A DNA stretch of 64,000 nt from Pseudogymnoascus verrucosus. Taxonomy: Eukaryota. The position numbers and the translations under genes were made by a program. Of the stretch, positions 34,657-45,521 are shown piece after piece (the stretch's first letter is position 1; every line of letters starts with the position of its first letter). The notes under the pieces are model-generated. The model was given only the letters and a program-made list of their open reading frames with translations, had not been told where the DNA came from and made no database searches. The DNA lies in assembly GCA_001662655.1 (NCBI GenBank), contig KV460206.1, one strand, 5' to 3'.

Positions 34657-36739
34657 CTACATCTTCATAAATCCTGAGAAGAACCTATCCATATCCTGAA
34701 CATCCTCAAGCTCTCCTACCCACGAAACATACTGATCCGGACGCAGGATAACTGCACAACCCTTCTTCTTGTCAACACCGTAGTTCTCATAGGCCTTTCC
34801 GTGGCCCTCGTGGTACGAAATGTCGTCTGCGTAGATCTTCCAGTAGTCCCAGCCGTCACGTTTCGAGTATGGGTGGAAAATATCGTGGAAATCGTGGAGC
34901 TCGGTGGACGCACGTGGCGCGCTGTGGATGGTCAAGATCTCGATCACAGAGTTGATCGGCTTGCTAGCGGGAGTGAAGCGCGAGATAAAGGAATCGTTAG
35001 CCGCGAGGGTCTCGCCCAACTTCTGCACTCGGCTCATCTGTCCCTTGTCCGAAACATCGCCGGCGAAGACGACGAGTCTCCACTGACCAGTGCTTCGTAG
35101 GATCTCCTGGAAGTGCCATGGGCGAGCATCGGACTGATTGAGGACCTTGAAGCTGGGCATTCGCATGCCGAGCTTTACATTGGTAGCGAGCTGTTGCTTG
35201 CTGACAGCGCGTTTAGAATTGATAACTCCCACGTCAGTACCGTCGCCCTGATCAATACTGCTACCGTCCTTAGCAACAATTAAACTTGCTCCGTAGTCAA
35301 CAGCCACGCCGCTAGCGAACAAGTTGCCCTTCTCGAAGGCGTTCTTGAATTCCTCCATGCTGATACCGGCCTCATCCATCATATCCTTTGCTGGACGTCC
35401 AGAGAAGAGACGGGAGAACTTGTGGTCGAATGCAATCAAATCTTGTGCGATACGTCTCCTCTCCGATTGGTACGTCTTCAAAATTCGTCGGTCTGCGGTG
35501 CCGTTCAAAACCGCTGAGATCTTCCAGCATAGGTTGTAGGTGTCTTGCATGCTGACATTCATCCCCTGGCCAGCCTTTGGAGAATGGGTATGAACCGCGT
35601 CACCGGCAAGGAAGATACGCTCGTTCTTGGAGAAGTTGGAGCCAACTCTTTGACCGATCTGATATGCTGTCCACCAGTCACAGTACTCGTAGCTGAGCTT
35701 GTACGGTGCAAGCGTGCGGTTGGCACACTCTAAGATCATGGCCGGGGTGATATTGGTTCTGTCGACGGGCTCTCCTCCCTTTTCAGTTGTGGTCATTTGA
35801 ATGTACAGGCGGACAAGTTTGTTTTCACGTGGGATGACCATGACTGATCCAGAATTTGCCGAGTGAATAGCGCATCTCTGGCGAATGTCAGGGAAGTCGG
35901 TGATTGGGATAATATCCAAAACACCCCAGATGTAATCAGTTTGTTCACCATCGAGAGTGTATCCAAGCTGCTTTCTCGTCCAGGAGTGTGCACCGTCGCA
36001 TCCTATCATATATTTTGCCTGAATGGTCTCTTGTGTGCCTACCTTGTCGTTGGCGGTCTTGTTCAGGAGTTCTTCGGTATCATCTGGAGCCATGTTGCTA
36101 CGGTAAAGACCATCGGAGGGTGCTGCTCCGCATTTTGTTGCATTGCTTTGTGGAGGATTGATTTCATCCTCCGTTAGATGCTTAAGGGTGACTTTGATAG
36201 GATAGGCATCATCATCTTCCGCCTTTGACTCATCAAATGTTAACGACTGGGGTAACACGCCGCGTTCCACGCGAATATCGCTGTGGTCCTTGAGCGAATC
36301 GAGGAAGAAGCGCTCGATACGGCCTTGGTGAAGAACGAGCTGTTGAAACCTCGAAATGCCGGGGATAGTATCTGGGATGCGATCTGAGCGCCGGATGACA
36401 CCATCCCGTCCGGGGTTCCAGAGGCAGATCTCGAGCATATGGTTGCCCTCCTTCCATGCGCGGTCGGCAAACTCGAAGGAATCGAGGATCTCTAAGGTCC
36501 TACACTGCAACCCATCGGCCTGGCCGTTATAGATCTTGGTGCCACGCTTGTCGACGATTTTGGCCTTGATTCCACACCGCGCGAACCAAGTGACGGCCAT
36601 CATGCTAAAAGATCCCGTCAGTCAAATGTTCTTGGTACGAAAGCGACTGCAATCGCATTATCACTCACCCAGCTGGGCCAGCACCAACGACAAGGACATC
36701 CACCTTAGAGTTGTCGCCGGCATTTGTTATGGAACCCAT
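34657..36739 (-). CDS. Phenol 2-monooxygenase (FAD-dependent phenol hydroxylase), 2 exons
   Basis: DVLVVGAGPAG, GQADGLQCRTLE, GCDGAHSW, FLAGDAVHTHSPKAGQGMN, C-terminal RPDQYV. Confidence 0.92.
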
Positions 36740-37197
36740 GTCGACTGTTGTACTGTTGGATTTAGAGTAATGGATACGCTCGTGTGTTGAATAATAGACG
36801 CAGACAAAATTCTGCAGAGCACAGGAGTTGTCTTGCTCCTGAAGAAGCTGAGAAGAGCAGTAATATGGGGTGTGGTGATGAGGAATACAGAAAGAATAAG
36901 TATAAGAAGCATGATGAAGAGTGGGCAGGTCGAATAGTTTTAGGTTATCTTTGATTCGAGGACTACGAGTGGAGGTTAGTGTGGTGGGGTTAGCACCGGG
37001 TAGCTTTACAAACTCTAATGCCTTCGCAGCACTATTGTGGTTAGAAGGCACTAGCAGACATCCGAAGGACCAATCAGAACACATTCCGTTCGGAAGCAAA
37101 ATCATTACATCGCCACATCGGCTCAAGGTTGGAGTCCCGGAGTGGTCCGAGCGCGAATGGGGAATGGAGGATAGAAAGAGGGGAAATGATACTTTAC

Positions 37198-37251
37198 ATC
37201 CGGGGTATAGATCCGGGGTATAGCACTATAATCCTGAACATCCGGGGTATA
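37198..37251. promoter_or_regulatory. ATCCGGGGTATA x3 upstream of phenol hydroxylase
   Basis: Identical 12-mers at 37198, 37211 and 37240; CGG core; function inferred. Confidence 0.55.
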
Positions 37252-38084
37252 AACGACAATTAGCTTGTATGTACTCTACCTGCAAATCGTCGCCCACATT
37301 GACTTCCGGTGTGGTTAAACTTCCGGCCCTCAACTCCGCAGTAGAGACAGCTTCCCTCATTACCTTCAATCCTCTCTCGTATCCCTCAAGCACAGCATCA
37401 CGTACGTGCTCTTGCCGTAGTACCTCTTCCAGCCCGGTCAACTCCATCTCCGCCACGTCTGCTGGAACGCCCTCTTTCTACGTTGTTCCTCTATGCGGCT
37501 TCAGTGCCTCGGTTCCTGTGCTGAAGACGAGATTCCGATAAGCCTCGACAAGATTAAAAGAGCCGAACATACTGCTATCCGTAAAGTGGATCATCCGGTA
37601 GAACATCTATAACCGTGTAATTGGCACTTTGGTGGGTTTCTTCAGTGGGGCTGCGGAAGGGAGCAGGCCTAGATGTCTCGGAAGACGTCATCAGCAACAT
37701 CTAGCAAGTGTTTACATATGTATATGCTAGAAAACTGCCTGCAGGCAAAGCAAAAAAGGACAGGTTTTACACACCTTAGATGGCTTAGAGCAACATCTCC
37801 TAAATATGGCTCATTCAACCCGGATTCGGACAATCCAACATCACCATACAGACGCCGGCAGAGGCTCTGCATCATTCGAGCTAGTAGATGTAGAAGGCCT
37901 CCGTTGCATTCTTAGTCCACGCACTACCCGCCCACAACGACGATATCCCTAGCACAGTACCCACCCCAGCTCACCACCCGCTCATCTAGGGTATATCAAC
38001 AGCTCACTTCTAGCATCCTCATTCACACTTCTCAGAACCGTCGCTTCCTCACTCCGCGTGTATCTTCCTCTAAACCAAGCTCAA

Positions 38085-40838
38085 CTAAACACCCATCGTC
38101 CCATAAAGCGGCATCCACATATCCTGCGCATACGCCTGGTCCGAGCTAACACTCGTCAGGAACGCATCGAAGTCCAGGCTATAATCCGGCGGGCTAATCC
38201 CCGTCCCCGTCAGGTCAGCCGCGGGCCGCATCATAATCTCCGGCCTACTACTGCACATCCCCTGCGCTTGGTAACCATGCCACTCTGCGCCAGGCGGCAT
38301 GCCTGTCGCTTGTATGGTGTTACCCATGCTGCCATCCGCGCCGAGCCCAGTCGAAGGACCGCTCTGGGACCCGCCAAAGAAGGCGGAGAAGATATCCTCC
38401 CCCGCCGCTTTGCCCATCGTCGGCGCAACTCGTACAACTGTGTCGCACGCGATGGCGTCTTTGAAGGCATTGAGGATTTGGAGGTTGCGTCGCGCAACCG
38501 GGTCGAGTTCAGCTAGGTATCGGTGCAGGTTTAGCGCCGTCTGCATGGCGTGCGCCTTGTCGCCGTAGACGGTGCAAAACCCGTTGGAGAAGATGATGAG
38601 AGAGGCAGCGAAGAGCCAATAACTAATAATATATTAGTCCTGTTCGGAGATCGAGCGTTAGGATAGCCAAGGCTTACATCACGAATGGATCTCGCAGTGG
38701 GAGTGCCCGCTTTAACAACGCTAACTGGACGGCGTCGATGCTATATAATGCGCTCCTCACACATGCACCCGGAAAGGGCTCTGCTTTCTCACTCCCAGTT
38801 TCGCTCCGAGGGGTCTGGCTCCCGCTCGGCGCGCGTATCTCATTGATAATTTTCTGCAGCAGAAACGGTCTGGTCAACAGGATAATGCTATGGAAATAAC
38901 CGAGATTTACATGTAGCTGCGCGAGGGTGATTCTGGGGTCCTCGTTCGGCAGGCTGATGTTCTGCCAGTGCAGAATTGGCGGGAGCGAGTTCTTCCACGC
39001 TTGGAACTTGGCGGAGATTTGGTGGGCGAGTTTGACGCTGATTTTACGCTCGGCGTAGACGTTGGAGAGGATGTCGGCGACGAGGCAGGAGGCGCGAACA
39101 GAGGCAGTGAGGGCGGCGAGTTCAAGGGCGTCTGAGGACGGAGTGGATAGGTCGCTGGATAGGTCTTCTTCGGTGTCGTCGAAGAAGTCGGCGGCGTCGC
39201 GGCTATTGATGCCATTTGGTCGGCCAAGCATGGCTGAGAGAAAACAGTCCATGACGTAAAGACTGCGCCAGACGTTCTTCCTGAAGGGACGCAGTCAGTG
39301 TCTTAGAGAATAGTAAAGGTAAGAATATATTGACCTGACTCGTTGTTCGGCGTCAGAAAACGCAAAGGCCGTTTGTTTCCTATGCAAACCGAGTGCATAT
39401 GCTGATCTAACCGCCATGCCTGAACCCATTAGTCATAAACACAAAAACCTAGCAGTAACACGTACCTAAATAAGCCCAGGCAGAATTTCGTTTCGCTATC
39501 GTCAACATGAACACCGTAATCAGCAGCAGCGCCTGTATGGACGTAATATCCCCGTCCTCAAAGCCTGAAACCGGATCATTTAAATGCGTCGCATTCAAGT
39601 AAAACATCTCAGCCCTTTCGGTATTCCCGCCGTCTAAACGTTTGAGAATCTGAGACTCTCTAAAGCTATGTGCCGAAGAACTCTTCGTCCCCTGTAATCC
39701 CACTGCAAATACGAGATTTAGGATTGAGAGACGAGACTGCTCGGTTTGCAGGGGATTCTCATATATCTTGGCGACCTCAAGACTGAAAGCCTCGCGATCA
39801 AAGATATAGATAATTCCTACAGTCTGTAGTACTGTTAGCGAATTCCTATGGTCTCGAAAGCCGAAGATTCACATTTGAGAAAAAAGAATCGACCAAAAAT
39901 TCACCCGCTTCTCGATCAGGAAGCACATGCGTCGGCCTTGCCGTAGATATCAATCCTTCCAAAATCCTTTGCTTATGTTTATCTCTCGTAAACTCACTGG
40001 GTCCCAGCGTGCTTTCCACCAGTCGTCTAATCGTATCTAAATATGATAGACTTGCCGAGTCGCCCAGATAAACTTGGTTCTCATCAGCCCCCTTCATTAT
40101 CATCAGCGGAACTATACTCACGCAGCCTTCCCTTTCCATCCAGCAACATTCTTGATTGCTCACTCAAACTCTCCCTTTCATCTTTGCCTTGACTCGTACT
40201 CCAACTAGCCTCTGCCGCTGGCCGTCCTCCAGATCGTGCTTGCGTTAAGTGTGGCAGCTCCGGGCTTGCAACATTGATACCCGGCGAAGGGTATTGACTA
40301 ATCTGACGTTGGCGATGCGTCTGGGCCGATTGTTGCGAAGAAGGTTCCGAGTTTCCTTCTCTTCGGCTTGATGCCAACGGCGGATGGTTCAGGCGAATGT
40401 TATTCTCGAGCTGGGAGTCTGTGAGGTTGCCGTTGCCAGGCCTAGGAGACGGCAACGGAAGCTGCGGTATCGGATTGGAATGGTAGTTTGGCTGAGTCGA
40501 GGCCGTAGACTGCCGGGCTTGATGTTTGGCTTGCGAACGAGCACCATCAGGAGAGTAGATGCATTGGTTTGAGCGAGAGGAGCAGCTGGCACATGGTTGG
40601 AGGCCGTTGCACTATGGTGCATTAGTATACTGTATACATATATAACACTCTGTATATCTTCATATGTGGTCTGACCATAATGGTCAGGCGAAATCTGGAT
40701 AAAGGTAGCGCTTAATCTTGACGCGCAGCAGGCGTCGTCGCAACGTCATACCTTGAGCTTCTTCGTCTGACACGTGATGCATGCCTTCTTTGTTCGCCTT
40801 CTCGATTCCGGCGTCACTCTCCTAAGAGCATCGGACAT
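38085..40838 (-). CDS. Zn(II)2Cys6 transcription factor, multi-exon
   Basis: KKACITCQTKKLK(intron)CNGLQPCASC….C; AYALGLHR, WRSLYVMDCFLSAMLGRP. Confidence 0.9.
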
Positions 40839-41002
40839 GGCTACATCAATTCCTTGTGTTTCCCGGAGATTTGCTCAGTTGGATAGATCCGACATAAAAA
40901 GGGGATCTGTTGTTGAGAATGAGGAAGAGGGATACCCCGCATTTCCAACGTCACGTGCCCTAGATGCTAGACGCGAATCTTCTTTAATCTGTCTCCTATT
41001 AA

Positions 41003-41655
41003 CAGTGTTCGGCGGATACATATCCGGGTAGTATCCGTGATGCTCACGGGTAGGGTATATACCCAGCTAAGATCTTACAGGTAGAGTAGGGTATATATCC
41101 GGATACATGAGGCTGAAATAGAGCATATAAAAATGAAGCCTTTAAGAATAGTAATACCCTAACCGACCTAACCCCCTATACTCTCTATATTCCCTATACT
41201 CCCTCTACTCCCTATACCTACTATACTTATTCATTTACCTTATTATTATTACTATTACTATTAGCCTCTTATAACTAACTATAATTCTATAAGTAAAGTA
41301 AATAATTATTAGTAGTAATAACCTATTTTGCTTTTTTATAATAATATTACTACTATTACTATAGACTTATTCTAAGGCTATAGAGGTTACTAGAACTACT
41401 AAATAGTCTAAGTAATAGATAATAACTAGATATTAAGGATATTAGTATGCTTATAAGGTTATAGTTTAAGCATAACGTTAAGACGACGTCTGTAAAAAGA
41501 AGCCTTAGCTATGCTTAGCTACTCTTAGCATGTATCTGGATATATACTCGAGAGTATCTGGATACGCTAGATACTCTTCAAATATCGCCGGGTAGGTATA
41601 TACTTGAGGATATACCCGGATACTACGGGTATATTCGTATCCGTGCCGAACACTG
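41003..41655. mobile_element. Non-autonomous hAT-type DNA transposon (653 bp)
   Basis: TIR CAGTGTTCGGC / GCCGAACACTG; perfect 8-bp TSD CCTATTAA (40995-41002, 41656-41663); GGATAC/GTATCC subterminal repeats; AT-rich RIP-like core. Confidence 0.92.
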
Positions 41656-42028
41656 CCTATTAATCTTATATGTAATCTTTTTCGAATCTTTATACAAACG
41701 TATCCTCGTACTCTGTACCCCACGCTCGGTCTTACTCCGCACTCTACTTCTAACGCGGACGGTGCAACATCTCTTACTCCGTGAAGCCATAGAAAGCCAG
41801 CCACATCTAGCCCCAATTAAACTTAGTCCGAAATCCGAGTCAACAATGGCCTCCCCACCAATTAGACAAGAAGCCGAGGATTTCCACACTTCCGACCCCG
41901 CACGGCACGGATGCAAACGCTGGAAAATGCGGGGTTCATAGGATCGAGGGGCAAACCCCAGCCTCAACCTAGAAGGATAGTAATATTCTCACTATGACTA
42001 GTCTGATACCTTATACAAAATCGCGCGA

Positions 42029-42140
42029 TATTCATTCTTCTATATATCTCATCTTTCTCTCTTCTATGTCTTAAGCTTCTAGAAGCATCGTGTATTCATT
42101 CTCCTCTATATCTCATCTTTCTCTCTTCTGTATCTTAAGC
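42029..42140. repeat. Pyrimidine-rich 48-bp direct duplication upstream of dioxygenase
   Basis: 42029-42076 vs 42093-42140. Confidence 0.85.
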
Positions 42141-42201
42141 ACATTCCTCTCGAGATACCCCTCATAGCTTCCAGCTTCAGAAACATCACCCCATTTTCAA
42201 A

Positions 42202-43216
42202 ATGGGCGCCGACAAGTTTGACCCAAACTTCACCCAGAATGTCATCGACGCCACAGGCCCCAATGCCTCCGCTCGCACCCGCGAGATCATCGGCCCTCTG
42301 ATCCGTCACATCCACGATTTCGCCCGTGAGGTCAACCTCACCGTCGATGAGTGGATGGAGGGCGTGAACCTGATCAACTGGGCGGGCCAGATGAGCGATG
42401 ACCGCAGGAACGAGGGGCAGCTGGTCTGCGACGTCATCGGCCTGGAGTCGTATGTGTCTCTCCACCTTTGCACATTGTTCCCCATCAACCCCCCCGGGCA
42501 TTATATTACATTTGGTTTCGAAATCTGACGAACTCCAGTCTAGTCGACGAAATCACCTTCGCCGCAGCTGCCAACGCCCCAGACGCCCACACCGCAACCG
42601 CCATTCTAGGCCCATTCTTCCGCCATGACGCCCCCATGATCCCCAACGGCGGTACCATCATCAAGAACCCTGTCGCCGACGGCATCGTCACTTACATGCA
42701 TGGCAAGGTTGTCGACTCTCTAACCGCCGAGCCTATCCCTGGCGTCATCATCGACACCTGGGAGGCCTCTACCAACGGCCTCTACGAGCAGCAGGACCCA
42801 GAGCAGGACGACTGCAACCTGCGCGGCCGCATTACCACAGATGAGAACGGGGAGTATGGATTTTACTGTCTTAAGCCGACGCCGTATCCTGTCCCAGATG
42901 ATGGTCCGGCAGGGAAGATTTTGAAGATGCTAGATAGGCATCCCATGCGCCCTGCTCACATCCACTTGATCGTAAGTTCTGCCCCAGAGTCGTAGCTTAA
43001 TATGTTTAGCTGACCGAAGAGACTACACACGATGAATATATGCCCATCACCACCCAGATTTTCTCTAGCGACGACAAGTACCTAAAGAACGACTCGGTCT
43101 TTGCTGTTAAGGACTCGCTGATCGTTGATTTCACGCCGCTGGAGGGCAACGATAAGGCGACACGCGAGCTGGTTTACAATATGAAGCTCAAGAAGCAGCC
43201 GGTTAAGACGGCATAA
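42202..43216 (+). CDS. Catechol 1,2-dioxygenase (intradiol), 3 exons
   Basis: [56 protein letters not shown]. Confidence 0.92.
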
Positions 43217-43476
43217 GGTGGACGACGATGTAACGTATGAAGTGGTTTGTATATAAGACTTTCGAGGATAGTTTGCATAATATGATCTTCGTTATAGCAC
43301 TATCCTAGGCTAGAGATCTAAAGGAGTTTCTTAAGTAGTATTCTCTAACAAACATTAAGAATTAGAGTATAGTTTTATTGCATGGCTATGACAGGATATC
43401 GTGCTGTATCCAAGGAAACTGCAACTTTAGGGGTTGCTAGTCATGACATATACTGTAAAATAAAATTATAAATAGA

Positions 43477-43633
43477 AACTATAGCAACAGGGATCCGCGA
43501 TAGAGATCGTGGTAACGGGGATGTACATTAGGAACTATAGTGAGGGGGATGCGCGACAGGAACTATAGCGACAGGGATGCGCAACAGAGATCGTAGCGAC
43601 GGGGATGCGCGACAGGAATTGTAGCGATGGGGA
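43477..43633. repeat. 28-bp minisatellite, ~5.6 units
   Basis: Units start at 43477, 43505, 43533, 43561, 43589 and 43617. Confidence 0.8.
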
Positions 43634-43823
43634 AGTTCAAGCAGGAAATCATCTTGGCTGCTAAATCAACTACAGAGGAATCTAGCAAGGTTATGGCCGA
43701 GCTTCAAAACAATGGTAAAGCGCGATAGCAATTAGGGAGGCACACGCGATAGCAATGTCTTATCATCGACGGAAAACCTTATCGCATAACCTTTCCGATT
43801 GCCACTTCCCTTTACAACTCCTC

Positions 43824-45380
43824 ATGCCCCGATCACCCCTACGTCGTCCCTTACAATACGCATCGCGTCGGTCTATATCCTACCGATCGCGTCTCGAGTC
43901 AGAATCACGGGCGGTAGATGATGCGTCGAGCAGAACGGTAACAGACGATGGCAAACCCGGCGCCATGTCGCGGCGCCTCGCCCAAGCTACCGAAGACGCC
44001 CTCCTCGATGGCGGCCGTGCCGGGCAGCAGGCGATTGAAGCGGCCGGATTCTCGGACGAGCTAAAAGCAGAGCTCCTCGACAAAATCGCCGGCCAGCAGT
44101 TCAAGAGCGACAATCTCGCCGCGTTCACGGAAGCCGAGCTCTCGCCTCCTGTTGGTCGCGGCACGAGGGATATCGCCGTTGCAGCGCCATGGACGGGGTC
44201 GGAGGGGCAGGGAGACGCCATTCTCCGCATGCTACACGATGCGCATAAGCCGTTGAAGCCAGTCGTGGATATGCGACTGCAGCGCGCCCCGAAGAAGACG
44301 CCAGCCCAGCGGATCTCAAACGCAAAAGAACGCACAACCTCATATACTACCGCAAACGACAGCAGCATGTCCCTAAAGGAACGGGAGGAGCTGCGCGCGA
44401 GCCTAAAAGAACGATTTGGCTCTGGCGTCCAGACTGGCTCTATGCCGACGTCATTCCGTGGGTTAGAGTCCCTCGCAAACCGGCGTATCGAGGATGCCAT
44501 CGCTCGGGGACAGTTCAAGGTAAGCAACTTACTCAAATCGCAAATCACGCTAACCCCTCAGGATATCCCCCGTGGCACCTCTACCGTCCGCGACCGTCGA
44601 GTCGACAGCCCCTTCGTTGACACAACCGAGTATATCATGAACAACATGATCAAGCGCCAGGCCCTCGTCCCACCGTGGATTGAGAAGCAGCAGGCCCTCC
44701 ATACCGCGGCAGCCAATTTCCGTGCCCGTCTGCGAAAGGATTGGACGAGGCACGCGGTTGGGGTAGTGGTTGCTACTAGCGGTAGCGTTCAGGAACAAGT
44801 TCGCAGGGCGGAGGCATACGCGCGGGCTGAGATGGGGCTTCGAGTCGGAGGCATACAACCCCCTGGCTCGGATTTGCTCGAAGAGAAGAGTCGGGAGCAG
44901 AGAGGCGGGGACATACAAGCCCCTGACTCCTCGGATCCCCCTCTAGAAAAAGCGAGCACCGGAGACATATCACCTCAGGGAAATGCGACTCAACAGACAA
45001 TCGCGGATGACCCCCCGCAAGCTCTGGACCTCCCACCCCTCCGCGATCCAGCGTGGGAGCGCCAGCATCTGTCATACCACACCCTAGCCATCGCAGAGCT
45101 CAACGCAACTGCGCGATCGTATAACCTCCAAGCCCCTGACCTGGCGAAGAAGCCGTATTACGCGCTAGAGAGGGAGATGGCGTCTTGCTTCGCTGATGTT
45201 GCGATGGTGTTGGCGAGGGAGGTTGTAGGGGGTGGGGACAAACCTGAGGAAGGGAAAGTTTGGAACAAAGAGCGCGATCGGGGAGTCATGTGGCGGATTG
45301 TGGGGGAGAAGGCAGTGGTGAGGGATGAGAGGGGACCGAAGTATGGGTTCAAGGAGTTGTGGAGGGACTTTTTTAGATAG
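43824..45380 (+). CDS. DUF1992 (DnaJC28 conserved domain) protein, likely mitochondrial
   Basis: LANRRIEDAIARGQFK, DTTEYIMN.MIKRQ.LVPPWIEKQ, RSYNLQAP; Arg/Ser-rich N-terminus; in-frame 42-nt intron 44520-44561. Confidence 0.8.
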   Translation: MPRSPLRRPLQYASRRSISYRSRLESESRAVDDASSRTVTDDGKPGAMSRRLAQATEDALLDGGRAGQQAIEAAGFSDELKAELLDKIAGQQFKSDNLAAFTEAELSPPVGRGTRDIAVAAPWTGSEGQGDAILRMLHDAHKPLKPVVDMRLQRAPKKTPAQRISNAKERTTSYTTANDSSMSLKEREELRASLKERFGSGVQTGSMPTSFRGLESLANRRIEDAIARGQFKVSNLLKSQITLTPQDIPRGTSTVRDRRVDSPFVDTTEYIMNNMIKRQALVPPWIEKQQALHTAAANFRARLRKDWTRHAVGVVVATSGSVQEQVRRAEAYARAEMGLRVGGIQPPGSDLLEEKSREQRGGDIQAPDSSDPPLEKASTGDISPQGNATQQTIADDPPQALDLPPLRDPAWERQHLSYHTLAIAELNATARSYNLQAPDLAKKPYYALEREMASCFADVAMVLAREVVGGGDKPEEGKVWNKERDRGVMWRIVGEKAVVRDERGPKYGFKELWRDFFR

Positions 45381-45521
45381 AGGCATAGACGGGATGGTCG
45401 GAAGACGGAAATACGGGTTCAAGGAGTTGCGGAGAGTTCTTAGATATAATATACCCGGTTGGACGTTGACATATCCCATATTATCCCACTCTGACGTACG
45501 TAAAAATATAATTCAAATCTA

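Noticed and set aside
37226..37456. 76-aa ORF between phenol hydroxylase and TF
   Set aside because: Plausible composition but no motif or splice support; left uncalled.
43477..43633. CRISPR-like ~28-bp periodicity
   Set aside because: Units are contiguous with no unique spacers, no cas genes, eukaryotic context.
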